Of a DNA stretch of 64,000 nt, positions 9,038 to 23,300 are shown piece after piece. The DNA comes from Azolla caroliniana. Its lineage: Eukaryota > Plantae > Polypodiophyta. Position 1 is the stretch's first letter. Each line of letters starts with the position of its first letter. Where the stretch lies: assembly GCA_043228905.1 (NCBI GenBank), contig JBHGNT010000001.1, forward strand, positions 25,296,001 to 25,360,000, given 5' to 3'. A model generated the notes under the pieces. The model was not told the DNA's origin and ran no database searches. It saw nothing but the letters and a program-made list of their open reading frames with translations. A program made the position numbers and the translations under genes.

Positions 9038-12000
9038 TCATGATGTGCTTTCTGGCTGCGGTCGCCAATTTGTCTTTTGAACCACTAACAGTCCCTCAGG
9101 TTCTTTACCATACTTCAAGATGATATTCCAGTGTAATGATCTCGAGACCAACTCTATTTCAGTGATACTATCCAGACTATCTCGGAATATTGCCCATCCT
9201 AGTGGTCGCAAAAGACGATCCATCTCCCCAATGGTACTTTTGATGTCACATCTATGTATATTTCAAAAGACAGTTTTAACCTGCTATAAGATGCTCATTA
9301 ACATAAATTAGCATTTGACTCAAGCGTTAAGAGTTTTACCTCTTCTTAAGCTTGTCAAAAAGGTGAACTGAGTGAAGTAGATCATAGGTTCTTGGATATG
9401 AGCTGAACGATTCACACCAATCATGGTATATCCCAAAGAGACCCCTGTCATATATGATTGGCAACATATCAAGAGCATCATACTGTATCACATTCATAAC
9501 CCACACTGATTGTGATGCCAAAGCAGCTGCAAAACTGTAACAATACAAGAAATAACCATAGGCTTAAAAGACTTGCAATATAAAGTCAATCCTAGTAAAC
9601 ACTAAATGACTAAATTTATTACCCTCCATATCCTGCTTTCATATCCATCACATTTCTAATACTGGTCCAATCAATACCAAGACCTCTGAGATATGACTTT
9701 TCTACAACATGCTGCCAATATTTGGTATCAGACAAAAAACTAGCTGCGTCTGGCTTATCATATAGGCCTTTTTCATCGCTCAACCACATTGGTGCTGATG
9801 TTAGTCGTAACGGCCACTCCTGCGGCCACTCTAAGCCACGAGAAGCCTGCTGAGACGGAATTCTGTGTATACATGCATTCATTGGGATATACCTTTCATA
9901 ACAAAATCAACAATGTGAGTCATGCACAAAAACAATGTATTGTACATTGTAGAGAAAAAATAATCTTACCAGGCTGCATCTGCTTTATCATCATCATTAC
10001 AAAATGGGGGATAATATGTCTTTCGATTTTCATAACAAAAATTTGACATTGGTTTCTGAAAAATGGCAATTCCTATTCCGGTAGATGAATCTGTTCTCTT
10101 TACAATTAGTTTCCAGCATATTGCTGCTGTCAGGACTTGCATTTCTGCAGAATTAAACATTTAGGTAAGTCAACATAAGAATGTTTATTAGAAGCTTTCA
10201 CATGATAAGAATGGTCCATCATAAAAACTTTACATACCTTTCTAAATCAGAAATTAATCATGACAAGAACAATAAAGATGACATATCAAAAGACTCATAA
10301 GAATATTATTGCCAAACAGGATTTGAAGCAGACAGAAAAAACAAAAATAAAATCACCACAAAAACAAAGGAACTTCACAATTAAAATAAAAATAGGGTGG
10401 TGCAAACTGCAAACCTATATAAAGAGTTGTCCTATTTTCAGCATTAGTGCCGAAGTACAGTATTGCACATTTATATGGCAGCATAGATACCAGGGCTAAA
10501 TGGATGAGGCAACAAATTGCTGTTCAATAGAGGGGAATCCTTCAGAACCAACCATGAGGATGTCTGGGAGATGTTTGCAACCAAACACATTGTAACAACG
10601 CAGCATAGTAGTTTAGAAGTTGCATGTATCATATTGTGAGGCATAAAATAAAGAAATGAATCGCTTGAGTTTCATCAACACGACCTTCTTGGAGGTCAAT
10701 GGAAGAAATAAAAATAAAACAAATAACACAAGAAAGACAGAATGGAACTAATAAAAGAAAAACAATAACCAACGAATTCATATATAAAGCCTTGATAAAC
10801 ACCAAAACTAAAAATCATTAAAATTCCTGCAATATCCAAGAAAGAATATCTTTTTTTTTAATAGCTAGCTACCAATCATAATTATCAAGAAAGAAGAATT
10901 AACCTTTCCAAATACCCTTGTCTTCTGCACGTGTCGAATAGACTGGTGTTGCAGACCAAAGAAAATATCCCCCAGGTCTTAGAACACGGTTGAGCTCAAG
11001 CAAAAGTTTTCCATCTGCAAAGCAACAAAAACATATCAAATGAACAACTGTCACTTTCCTGGACTAACAAAAAGCAGTCAGGCCTTCTACCTTCAATATG
11101 CCAAGGCACCCTGCAGCGAGCACAGTGAACCAAATCAAAAACATTGCTTGGAAATGGAAGCCTTTGGGTCCCCATAACTGCTGAAATTGCAGGAATTCCA
11201 CGTTCAAGCGCAAGTTGAATTTGTGCTTCATGCTCATCCTTGGGAGCAAAGGACATAGTAAGAACTTCCTTATCCAATATGTAACCACCAAAGCTGGCAA
11301 CTCCACAGCCAACATCAAGAATAACACGTGTGCGACTTCCCCAAGCAACATTTGGCAATGTCTGTTTATACCACATTCAATTATGTTAAAGTTTCTGGAT
11401 CCCATTTTCGATGAGTTACTCCACAGTGTATCCAGCACACATTAATGTCAATTGCACCACCACAGATACAGCAAAGAATATGTTATGCCCCTCCCAATTT
11501 CATATTACAGACAGTGATACTCATATATTATATAAAAACAATGCAGAGGTTTTATAAAGATGCAGACATGAATATTCAATGCAGAGAAAAAGATAGTGAC
11601 ACTGTATACGCAAGATATGCATATGCATAGATATATACCATAAATACATCTATAGTATACAAAGAAATATATTCACTAAAACCACGACATCCACATGTTC
11701 TCTTTATATGCATGCATGTGTGCGCCCAAACAGCACATATTTCTATACACATCTGCACAAATTTATAATATGTATGTGTATTAATCATTCATGACAGGCA
11801 TGTAAATTCCAGCAACATACATATGCATGCAAAATGGTCCACTTACAAGGATGCATAGTTTATCACTTTCAGGTGCATGACAAAAATACACTTGAAATAG
11901 GAATGACCTTTGACCTGCTGAATGAACTCAATGTAGTGATGAGCACCATGCTTGAATTGAGTTCCACCTCCTGGAAACAAAAGTTTCTCGCCTGATCTCT

Positions 12001-13713
12001 TCACCCAATTCTGATCTTTTTTGTAAGACACCAACCCTGGATGAGGAACATTGCTGTACCAAATCTGTACCATCAATAAAGTAAGAAGGGCAGTTAATGC
12101 AGTTTCAATTATAACGCTAGCATTATTAACTATGGCAATAGAAAGACAATAGGAAAAGAAAAAATTCAAGAAAGGCGAACATAAGAAAAGACAACAAAAC
12201 AATGGATTAGTTATATATGCAAAAATTTCTCCTTCCCTAATCGGTAACTTTAAAGGTGGATTAAGAGTTTCCAGTTTCTACATTGTTAGAGAAATAACTA
12301 AATTTTTATGCTGTTAGCAAAATGGCCTAACAGCTGCAGCAATCAACTAAAAAACTGAGGAAGAAATTAAATGAAATGTTATATTAGCATCTTCAAATAG
12401 CCAAAGATACCAATTGAGACGAAGCATTACATCATTGTGAACCTTACAAAATCTCTTGTGAAACAAAAGCAAAATGAAATTGTACCTAAACTAAGTAGCT
12501 GCCATATGTAACTAGGTTGTAAATCAAAGAACAAGGATATATGGGCCATATGTTACACCACTATTGTGCTCCCGAAGAGATTCTTCAAATTTTTATTTCT
12601 TCACTATAGATATGCCTTTGTCATCTTCTGATTGAGATTTACAGATTTACTTTCTACATCAAGACCATGCACAATGACAATTTGTTCCAAAGAAAAATGG
12701 CTTTACAATGAGATCCATTGTCCACAATGCATCATATACACTAATGATTTCTCTTAAAAAGACCATATAAAAATCCATTTTAAAAAACAACAGGTCGAAA
12801 CAATAACATGCATATGATAGCATTGGCTAATAAACACGAAATTATTAAAAGAGTACAATATCTCAGTTTTAAAATGTCTATAATATGAAAAATAATACAA
12901 TTTAAATACCTCATTCCGGCTTTGCGGCCACTTAATTGGTTTGCGATAGCCTTCAGGCAATGGAACTAGGCAAGATGGTGATGTGCTTGGGCAATGTCTT
13001 TCACGATGTTCATAGTGTTTGGTACTAGGAAGAATTCTTATTGCTTCTTTGTTATCCAAACATGGGATATAATCAATTGCTCCTTCAAAACTACAGAGCT
13101 TCCACTTGCTTTGGGATTCAGGCATCTCTTGTGGTCTTTCACTTGAGCTTTGAGTTTTTGTCTTCTCTATCACAACTTCATGTACCTTGCTTTTCTCCTT
13201 TTTGGATTCAGTTTCTTGTGTTTCCCAGTTATTTGTATTTTCCTTATTTTCAATCTGGATCTGTGATTGTGCTCCACCATTTTCCTCTAGTCCACTCTCT
13301 TTCTTTGGTTTCTCTACATTCAGTGAAGTTTTTTCTCCATTGCTTTCATCATGTTTAGAATCCTCTTCATTGGATTCTTTTCCCCTGTCCGTGTATTCAG
13401 TTCTCTCTTTTTCCTTAGTTCTCGATTCTGGTAGCTCCAATTGAGAAGTCCCATCAGCCATTTCCTCATTTTTCTGCAGATTCTTACTATTACTTTCCCC
13501 AAACTCTTGATGGATCTCAATAGAAGTTTTTTCTTTATACACTTCATCTACAGCCATAGGTCCATTTCTTAGTTGGTTGGCAACATCATTTCCTGAAGGA
13601 TTACTCAGAATCCACATCCCTATCAAGCAAAGTGCTATAAAAACTGCAATTGTGGCCAGTACATAGAATGAAGGCATTCGTTTGTCATTGATAATATGCT
13701 TGTTTGTAGCCAT
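9038..13713 (-). CDS. Putative Golgi SAM-dependent pectin methyltransferase (PMT/DUF248, Methyltransf_29 family), ~729 aa
   Basis: Exons (minus): 13713-12910, 12064-11915, 11361-11091, 11014-10904, 10144-9970, 9892-9623, 9534-9340, 9251-9038; all GT-AG, 2190 nt in frame. N-terminal TM anchor, acidic stem, motifs [71 protein letters not shown]. Confidence 0.95.
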
Positions 13714-15699
13714 ATTGATGTTTAATGCAGAAACTTTAGCTTCCTTTATCTGCTGAAAAGATCAGAACAATCATTAGATAATGTGGATAATCACCAAACA
13801 CACACAAAACCATATTCTTATCTGATCACCACAAGACACATACAAAAACTACATTCTTCTATTATTCATTTATCCTTTTTTGGTGCAATCATCCTGATGA
13901 CACCTTCCTTATCTGGTTTACTTGCCTCTCTCATCTGCATATAAAGGCATGCTTTTCTTGAATCATGGCATTATCACGGCGTTAAGTTAAAAGCAAATTT
14001 TCGCATCAGACACTGTATTACATACTGGATATGCATCATGGTGTATTAGAATCCACACTTTGTATCATGTAAACTGCAGACAACATATATCCGTGAAGTG
14101 ACTTCCAATCAAGAAAGAAACATTAGCTCTTAAAAACCAACCAAACTGCTGTGCATACATTGTTATTATGCAGTAATGATATGTTTTGTGATACATTACA
14201 ATCCACAGGTAATGCAGATGAAAATACAGAAGGAGTTTTGTGATGCATTACAATCCACAGGTAATGCAAATGAAAATACAGAGGGAAGCGATTGTATATG
14301 TCAATAAATACATGCTACTTATGCTGTTTTTGGAAGAATCGCGAGTGCTTTCAAAACAAAGCTTCGCATATAACTTCAAAGCATTGACAATGGAGAATAT
14401 ATGAGACAGTTTAAACAAGCCTCACACACCATCTCAAAACATGTACTGACAGAGGAAAATAAGTAATGGAATTTGCTCTACTTACATCCGCGTGTTTGGC
14501 AGGGTTTCCATCGCCAAACACAGATTAGCATGCCATGTACAAAAGAAAAGGAGAAGACAGGAATCAATCACTGAAATCAATCAAATCACCTTCAAACTTT
14601 TGAGTCATTTCTTTATCAGGAAGAAAAATCATTCTCAAGGCAACCACATTAAGGTTTATGAATTTAATAAGAGTGCCCTTTTGATGAGCCCACATGTCGC
14701 CCAACATTCTCTCGATTGAATGGAACCAGTGCCTAGGCCCACTTTGTCGTGTCGATCATGTACTATTGTTTGGCATCAAAGGACAAGCCTAGGTGTATTG
14801 CTCTCTCTCTCTTTGTGGAGAAGATAGTCCCACATTGGAGTGGAACAAGAGAGCTCTGCGACACTCGCGTGCACGAGAGACAATATATGTCAGATAAATT
14901 CCGAATGAATTGCATCTGAACGTTTGTACCGTTCTTGCTAGTACATGTTTTCCAATGGAAATCGCCAACCATTTATAAATCCTTGCAGGTTGTGAGACAT
15001 TTTAGTCATCGATCTTGGAAGATACTTGATGGGAAAGAAGGGTCCTAGTTTTATATCCAACAATAGTGATTGTTGGCGTCATTCATTCTACTTTTGAACC
15101 GAACTTAGAACATGTGCATTATCTATCTTTTTCATCCCCTTTTTGTCAATGTTAATCATATGACCATGTTTTGGCTTTCCCATAGATTAGTGTTTTACTA
15201 AATGATAGCTTACTACTCTTTAATAGTTACAATAGGAACAACCATCAGTTCCAAATGTACAATCTTTAGCCGTTCTTTGACCCCACACAAAATCGATCGC
15301 ACTTGCAAAAGATGTAGGAAATGCTTTGATATTAAATGATGAACATATAGTGCTTGATCACTACTTTGCCAATGGCTTTTAGTATGAATTTTCATCTAGG
15401 GTAAATATTATGCCTTTTCTTGAGATCAATTTAATTTCAAGATTTTCCATACTCTCACAACTTGTTTAGCGAGAGAATTCACAACATATTATATAGCTAA
15501 CTAAATGTTTATTTCCACTTACATGCTTCTCAATATACACATTATGCTCCTTATATTGGTTCTTTATGAGAGAATGCATACAAATATGTATGCTAACACT
15601 TTATTCAGGAAGGAAAATTGTACATGTGGAAAAAGAGAAGGTGTGATACAACTTGTTAAACAAAGGAATATCATTCATAACCTTGTCTAAATAAGTCAC

Positions 15700-16770
15700 G
15701 AACAAAGAGATGATACATCATTCTTGTCACAAAACAGTCCAAATGATATGAGGGTGATTATGGATGCCCTCAAATTGTATGGATTAGCTATTGTATTGCA
15801 TGTTAACTTCAACAAGTCCAAACTTCTACCCTTGACACCGTATAGTTGGCATCAACTTTTGTGGCCAGGTCAAGCTATTAGCCCAAATGAAATAGTTAGA
15901 CATCTTGACTATCCTTAGGATTGAATGCAACAGGGAAAAGAAAGGTTGAATGGGTTCTGCAAAAAGTGAGACAAAAGCTAAGTTATTAGAAAATTGCAAC
16001 ATGGCCACTCCATGTCAGATTGAGGATAGTGCAATCTATAATCATGGCTTACATGCAATATTACTTAATTATGATTGATTGGCCAAAACACATGATACAA
16101 AAGATTAACTCAGAAATCATAAGCAGGTTTTGGTGCTCTAAGCAGTCGCATAGAGGTATACAACTCCTATCACTAGAGAAGATATGCACTCCACGATTGA
16201 GTGGAGGGCTAAATATTCTTAATTTGCATTTGCATATGTTGGATAGGAAAGTTTTTTTATTGCCAAAATTTGTTGAAAAAACTTTGCCTTGGGCAAGAAT
16301 GCTATTTGATTTGTTTGATCATTTGAAAACCAAGTCATTTGGCTCATGAGATACTAACCATTGGGATGTAGTGTTTGGAAAGCTTAACAGGCACATCAAA
16401 GGTTGTTCGTTTAGCTCAAAGCTTCTAAAGCACTGGAAGGAAGTATTGCACCACATAAAATGGAGAGGTAGGAATTCAGAATCAAGGAACTCTTTACACA
16501 TCGAAAGCTTACACTAGAGTGCTATATTTCCATAATCACTAGTTGAACAAGAGCCTAGGAAAGCTTATTTTTTAGCAAATAAGGGGTTGAAATCAATTGC
16601 AAATGTGGTAAATGACCAAGGTCACTTATTGTAGTTCAATGACATGACATGTTGTTATAGTCTTGGGCCACATCATTGCGTTATCTGGAATCAAGTCATC
16701 GAGTTGGCACTTTCCTTAGTACTTGTGCCACCTCTAGATGGAGATCGTTGGATTCATGATTGGATGCTAC
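15700..16770 (+). mobile_element. Degenerate L1-type LINE fragment (C-terminal RT and downstream region)
   Basis: Interrupted frames give LHVNFNKSKLLPL, VRHLDYPLG and LEKICTPRLSGGLNILNL, typical of plant L1 ORF2 downstream of the catalytic motif. Confidence 0.75.
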
Positions 16771-16772
16771 AA

Positions 16773-16803
<31 letters not shown>

Positions 16804-16808
<5 letters not shown>

Positions 16809-17105
16809 GTAGGGAAGATTTACTTGCAATTCGGATACGACAACTTCAATCAAGGACAGAAGCCATAGAAAAAAGCAACTACTAGATTGAAAGAGGCACG
16901 AATCAAGAATAAGGATAGATTTGACAAGATGAAAAGAATACAACCAAGAAAGGTGCAAGAGAGAGATTGGGTATTAGTATTTGATAGTAGCCTAGATAAT
17001 CAATACAGTACTATTCGGAAGTTCGCAAAAAGATGGTTTGGACCTTATGAAGTTAGGTAAATAATAGATAAGGCCACATATTCCCTCAATGAATTAGATG
17101 GGACA
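16804..17105 (+). mobile_element. Ty3/gypsy integrase C-terminal fragment
   Basis: Translates to LSREDLLAIRIRQL...LKEARIKNKDRFDK...DWVLVFDSSLD...KFAKRWFGPYEV..*..ATYSLNELDGT, the GPY/F module; joined to the LINE fragment through a (CT)n tract. Confidence 0.8.
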
Positions 17106-20100
17106 AAAACTTGGTTATGCGCAACATGTATTTCCATTGTAATATCAAACAATCATTATCTCAATGATTGATGTATAGTTCATAAGTTGATACGACGTGA
17201 TCTTCGTATGTAGTGCGAGCTAAAAGGCAGATGTCTCTCTCTCTATATATAGATATGGGATTGCATATATTGTAAAGAAACACTAAAATATACAAGGCAC
17301 ATAAGAGCATTTACTTGACGCTTTGGATTTAAATAGTTTCTAAGCCAAATACATGTCACGAGTTAGTATATCATCACAATAAAATGTTGGGGAGATATCC
17401 ATTATGATCATTGGTTCACCCTTGTTCTAATTAACAATTGCAGTGATTATGAAATGTGTTGCTTATACGACAAGGTTTCATTTCCAGGAAAAAAAGGACG
17501 CCCTATGTAGAAATACAACATCAATTGTGCTCGAAGGATTGGAATTTTCCAATGTTCAAAATCATTAGAAATGGATAAATATACAATTACAAGGGTATCA
17601 AGAATTCTTTTTCCTTGGTAGTGGATAAATGGATTGGTGATATGTTGAGGTATGTATATGTACGAGTCTATTCATGATAGAGGAAATGCTTGAGAAGAAT
17701 TTGGAGTTCTATATTGCCTCTCAAAACCATGGTCTTATTATTCAATAACAAAATACAAAATCATCCTTTACAACTTATTATTCATCTTTGCACGTTGAGC
17801 ACATTGATTCAATTTGGGAATAGATTTCTTCTATTTTGATTTAAGCCATGAGTTATTTAACAATGCTAAGAAATTGTGTGGATCGTGGACCTATGGGTAT
17901 ATCGTAATTGTGTTGGCTTCCATTATTAGACTCTCGATGAGCTTTTGGTCTTTAAGCAATACCTATATGCTATTATATACACCTTTTTCATTATTGTCGA
18001 GAACTTTTAAGTGTCATAGGGTCCACAAGACATTTTTACACACAAAAATTCTTTTATGAGGTATTGAGCTTCAACTCATGTATAAATTTTAAATTGTTCA
18101 GCATTTGATTGTATGTTATGAGGCACGCCGTGTTGGAGTTAGGGCAACCCAATGATTGACCTAATCACTTGAGGCACGATAAAAGCACTATACAAACCAT
18201 ACGTTTCATATATGTAGCCTTGGAGGCTCATATTAGCTCCATCCACTTTAGCTTTTCCCTCTCATGTGCCCTATATACAAGAACCACCACAAATGGTGAA
18301 CATATGACTATGATTTCACGGAATGGGATTGCCATACAACCACATCGAGTTCAAAAACAACTTCCTCGCCATGCTAATAAAAGTGCAAACCCTAACCAAT
18401 GTAAATTGAGTGGCCCCGCATGAACGATACAACTAAATTATGCCATTGCATGGTTGCACTTCATATTTGACAGTGTCACAATCTATGTGCAATAGTTAGA
18501 GATATGGATGGACGCGTGTATGCTCGCTCAAGAATATGCATCGATCTTGACATTTGAAAAAACCATTACCCACCTCTAGAAGCACTTGTGTTGAGCTCCC
18601 TAGATAACACATTGATAGCAATTTGAGCCTTGTTAGTGAAAACATGTATCGAGGAGAAATGATTTGGAAGATGAGATGCATCATACTTCATGACGTGTTA
18701 ACAAAATCCTCCATGAATGAGGCATTATATGCAACAACAAATTACCATGTATAAAAGAGAAACAATTTGGAGATATGTATTAGACTTGCTTCATGATGTG
18801 TTGACGAAATTCTCCATCAAGTAGGCATTATTGCAATGCCAATGGACCATGGCTTGGGATGATGTCAAGGCTCACATTTCACACATTATACACTACATAT
18901 GTTGCATCAAATGTTAAAACCATTATCTTATTTGAATGGGGATATTGTACCTTGGTACATGCTAGAACAGACGACTCTTTGTTTGCTATCGTCAACATTG
19001 CTTGGATACAAGTTACTATACATTCTCTTTTATGTGAGACAATATATGTATTGGGGTATATGATAAGGAAATAATGTCATATTCAAAGTTATAAGGTTTT
19101 AATTAGTCCAAACTAAAGTTTTGGTCACATTACTAAATGTATGCATAAACATTGTCATATTATAACTTGTGGGAAACTATTCTTTATTACATAAGAATGG
19201 TTGATGGCCAATGGGATTGTCATATGAAAGCGACAATTTAGGATTTCCAACTTGTATAAACTACAAGACCTCACATGTAAAAAAGGTCTTTTGGTGCCCC
19301 GTCTTTAGGCCAACCTTTTGGTCATCGTTCTCTCCCCTTTGCGTTCAATGATAACCACTTTCCTCCATGTAGTTTCCACACAAATTGATTGAGGTATACA
19401 TGTTTTTTACTTAGCGATTATCTATTTAATGAAGACACCCTATATGTTTCTTATGTAGTAATTATCTGTTCAATTAAGATAAAATATTTCTCAATTGTTG
19501 TAATGATTAGATGCATGTTCTTTTTAGTTTATCTTAAGAAGTCTTTGAAGCTTCCATGGTTGCACGAAGCTGAGGGGTAAGTGGTTTTATGTGTTGAAGT
19601 AGGACATGGTCTCTGCCATTGGGGAGTGACAAGCCCCAATCATTTGGTTAGCCCACTGTGCGAAGGGGACCCCTTGGCCCTCAATAGAGATCCTTGTAAG
19701 TGCAACATTGTAAGGTAAAAGTCATGCTGGCCCCTTCGGGAAGCTTGATTCACATGCAAGGACATTTCTAACTATGCATAATGTCAACAAGATTCAACTT
19801 TGCTTTCCACACGATGTCATTCTTGGTCAATCCTCATCCACATTTGTCTCGCGGCCACTGAATGCACTCTCAATCACAACATCCCGTACCAAAATCAGTG
19901 AACATCAAGAGTCGCTACCCAACTCCTAAATTTACTTTTGGTTTGGTAGGTCATATTTCACTTTTGAGGATGATAATAAAAGAGAGATGGCATGGATATT
20001 ATGACAACCCCTCAAAAAACAAAGATAAAATTCGGATTTGTATATACAAGGGTATTTGCAAGTTTGTACATAAGATACAGAACATAGCGAGATTTGGAAA

Positions 20101-20349
20101 TGGATGTTTGGAATTGTAGAGAAATGAGGTTTAGTTTTGGAGTTGTACATTGGAATTGTAGAGAAATGGGCATATTTGGGAGTTGGGGAAATTAGAGGGG
20201 TATAGTTGGGGATTTATAGAAATATGAGGGGTAGTATTTGGAATTGTACATATGTACATACGGAGCCAGCGGAAGCATCCACAGGCAAATACGAAGAGAA
20301 GCAGTGCAAGGGACGGACAGACAGAGGGAGGGGCGCTCTGAGGCGAGCG

Positions 20350-23300
20350 ATGGCGGAGAGCGCCGAAGACGCGCTTCTCAAAGAGTTCTTCGCGGATGTG
20401 AGTGAAGTTGAACGCGACAACGAAGTCCTCAGGTTCTTCTGTCCCCATCCCTTTGATCGATAACTATAAAATAATCATTTGCAGATATTGCAAGCCTCAT
20501 ATTTTGTGTTTTAGTTTTCCAATTCCTCGTGAATCTATCTTTTCATGCTAATACTCTCGAATCCTATGAATCATTGAGCTGTATCGTGTCTTTCTTACAT
20601 TCTCTGAGCTTCAGGTTTCCCTATAGTATTTGTCGTCTTTGCAGAAATAAGAAAGGACAATATCTATTTTGTTTATGACAAAAACGATCTATTTATTATG
20701 AGTATTTAACAAATTGCTTTTTTTTTTGGACAGAGTTCTCTCTTGCTTCAAGCTAAACCCATTCGAACATTTGAATTTGTCATTCGATTCGTCACCAGAG
20801 GATGTCAAGAGACAATACCGCAAGGTATTTACTTTCAACGTGATATTAGACATAGATTATCATCTTGTAAATTAAAAGTTTTGGCTTTATTTTTCATGAG
20901 TTGCAATGTTTGGATTTTGTCAAGGTAATATACCCAACCTGACATTATCCATTAGATTATAGTAAAGTATCTCCTTATAGGTCGAAAATTTTAATTGTAT
21001 TTTTCAACGCTTGCATTTTCAAAGGTAGTTTATAGGTAGCATGCCATTTTCTACTAAATTATAATAAGGCATTTTCTTGAGTACTGTTATTTCTTGATTT
21101 CTTAAAATTTATGCTCGGTTTTTTCTGTTGTCCACAATATGTTTGGTATCATCAAGTCTTTCAAGTGCAAGATCTTTGGTCATTGGGACTTTGATTGATA
21201 TGCAAGTATAATTTAGATGCAATCTTTTTTGGCTTTAGTCTGATATGCTCATATTTATGATTATTCAGCTCTCATTATTGGTCCATCCAGACAAATGCAA
21301 ACATCCCAAGGCAAAAGAAGCTTTTGCAGGTATGTTTCATAATTTTTATTCGTTTTAAATATTAACAAGCTAAGGGTGTTGTGGATTGCTCCATGCTTTT
21401 TAAATGGTAATTATGATACGTTCATAATACAAAATAGGCACTTATGGCTTTCTGAACTTATTTTATGCATATTCATGTTATCCTCACCTAAGCAAAAAGT
21501 GCAGGATACATATTTAATGGATAATACTTATTTGAACTGCTTTGTGCTCAAGGATTGTAGATAGTATTCCAGCATTGAGTAATGTGTTAGAGTTGTGATC
21601 TTTTTAGGTCTTCATAGTTTTTATCAGAAACTCATCCAAAGATATGTGTTGTTAGCCACTCCTATAACTGATATGTCGCAGTTCAATGTAGTCTATGATT
21701 GAACACTTGCAATTGTTTGATCAGTCAAAGAAAGCTGTAGCATTGGCACATGTGCTGAAAGTGGTTGTACTGTATAGTGTCAAGATTGATGCTAGTGATG
21801 TCTTTGCAGAAAGTAATATTTGGAACATAGTTGTTAAAAAATGCGTATTCTACGTTTAGAATACGTTTTAGAATACTCTGAAGTAATCTACACTTATTCT
21901 ACGTTTTAGAACTGCCGTTTTTTAAAATTTGACATATTCTATGTATTCAAAAAATTTGACTATTCTATGTATTTAACAAGTATTTATCATTTCAAAAAAG
22001 TTAAAAAAAAAATTCAAAATTTTTAAGTAGTTAACGTATTTTACAAGTATTCTACACATATTCTAAATATTTAACGTATTTGATGTATTTTATCTATAAA
22101 ATACGTATTCTAAGTATTTAAAAAAAGGTTAGAATACCATAGTACACGTATTTTTTGCTAAGTATTCTACAACAATGATTTGGAATACCAGATTTAGTGC
22201 TTCTACATTACTTCAATAACAGGGGGACATATTTCTCAGCCAGCATAAGTCTTCCACAACTTCTTGAAATGTATTGCACCAGTGATTGTAAGCCCCTTTC
22301 TTGTCCCGTGAATCCACAATCCAAACTTTCTCATGAAGAATACTCTCCCACTTTTTAAGATAGTACAAAGTACAAGTGGCTGATTGGGTCCCTCATTCTC
22401 CCTCTCCCTCTTTCCCCTCAGTTACAAGCTCAAGTGTTTTGTTGTTATAAAGATATATATTTGAATATTTTCTCATGAAAGAATATATGAGAATTGCATG
22501 AATGAAAGGGTATGATGGTTGACATGCTCCACGACTAAGTCTTTATCTTATCACATATTTTGAGCTGGTTTCTTGCATCTGTGACTGCAAGGATCAAGTA
22601 TATAGACATTATGTTTTTTATGAGTTTTTAGGAGTAAATATTTCTTTGTTGCATTTCCATTTTCAGGAGGTTTTATGTACTGTTTATTTAAGTTTCAAAT
22701 GGTTCATTGTCTCAATGGTTATGTCATAATATTGGATAAGTACTTCTGTTAGTTTTTGTGGAGCTTTTATGTAAGATTCAAATGTCTAGTCTCCCCAATA
22801 ATTATGATTTATTGTTGGAAAACCAGGTGTTCAAGATTATAGTGAGGACATTACCTTAAAAAGCTTTTAGAATGAAATTGTCAATTGGATTGTTTTTATA
22901 GGAAATAGACAAACAACCCAGGTGGATGCTATTTTACATCCTACAGTCACAAATTTTCAGTATTATTACTAAATGTCTGTTTTTTGGTGGCTATGTAGCA
23001 TTGGCAAAAGCTCAGCAGGTACTTTTGGAACCACAAGAAAGGGAATATATTGTGGCACAAATCAACCTTGCAAAAGGTATTTGTCATGAATTTGCTATCC
23101 TGTTTGTGTTTTTATACTATGAACACTAGTTGTAAAATGGTCATTTATTTTAATTATCAGTTCCATGAAGGCTGGATATGAATAAGAGTTAAGATAATCA
23201 AGGTTGATTTTTTTAGAACATAGTGCTTGCAGTAAGGATGATGGATTTTCTCATCACATCTTTTTGGACATCATGATACATTTTTCCTTCACTTTATTGC

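Noticed and set aside
18415-18495. Minus-strand CT*IVTLSNMKCNHAMA resembling a SWIM zinc finger of a Mutator transposase
   Set aside because: One short interrupted motif; no TIRs or other transposase motifs could be confirmed by eye.
20075-20250. Degenerate TTTGGAATTGTA-type short repeats upstream of the J-protein gene
   Set aside because: Low-complexity and irregular; no supportable function or element boundaries.
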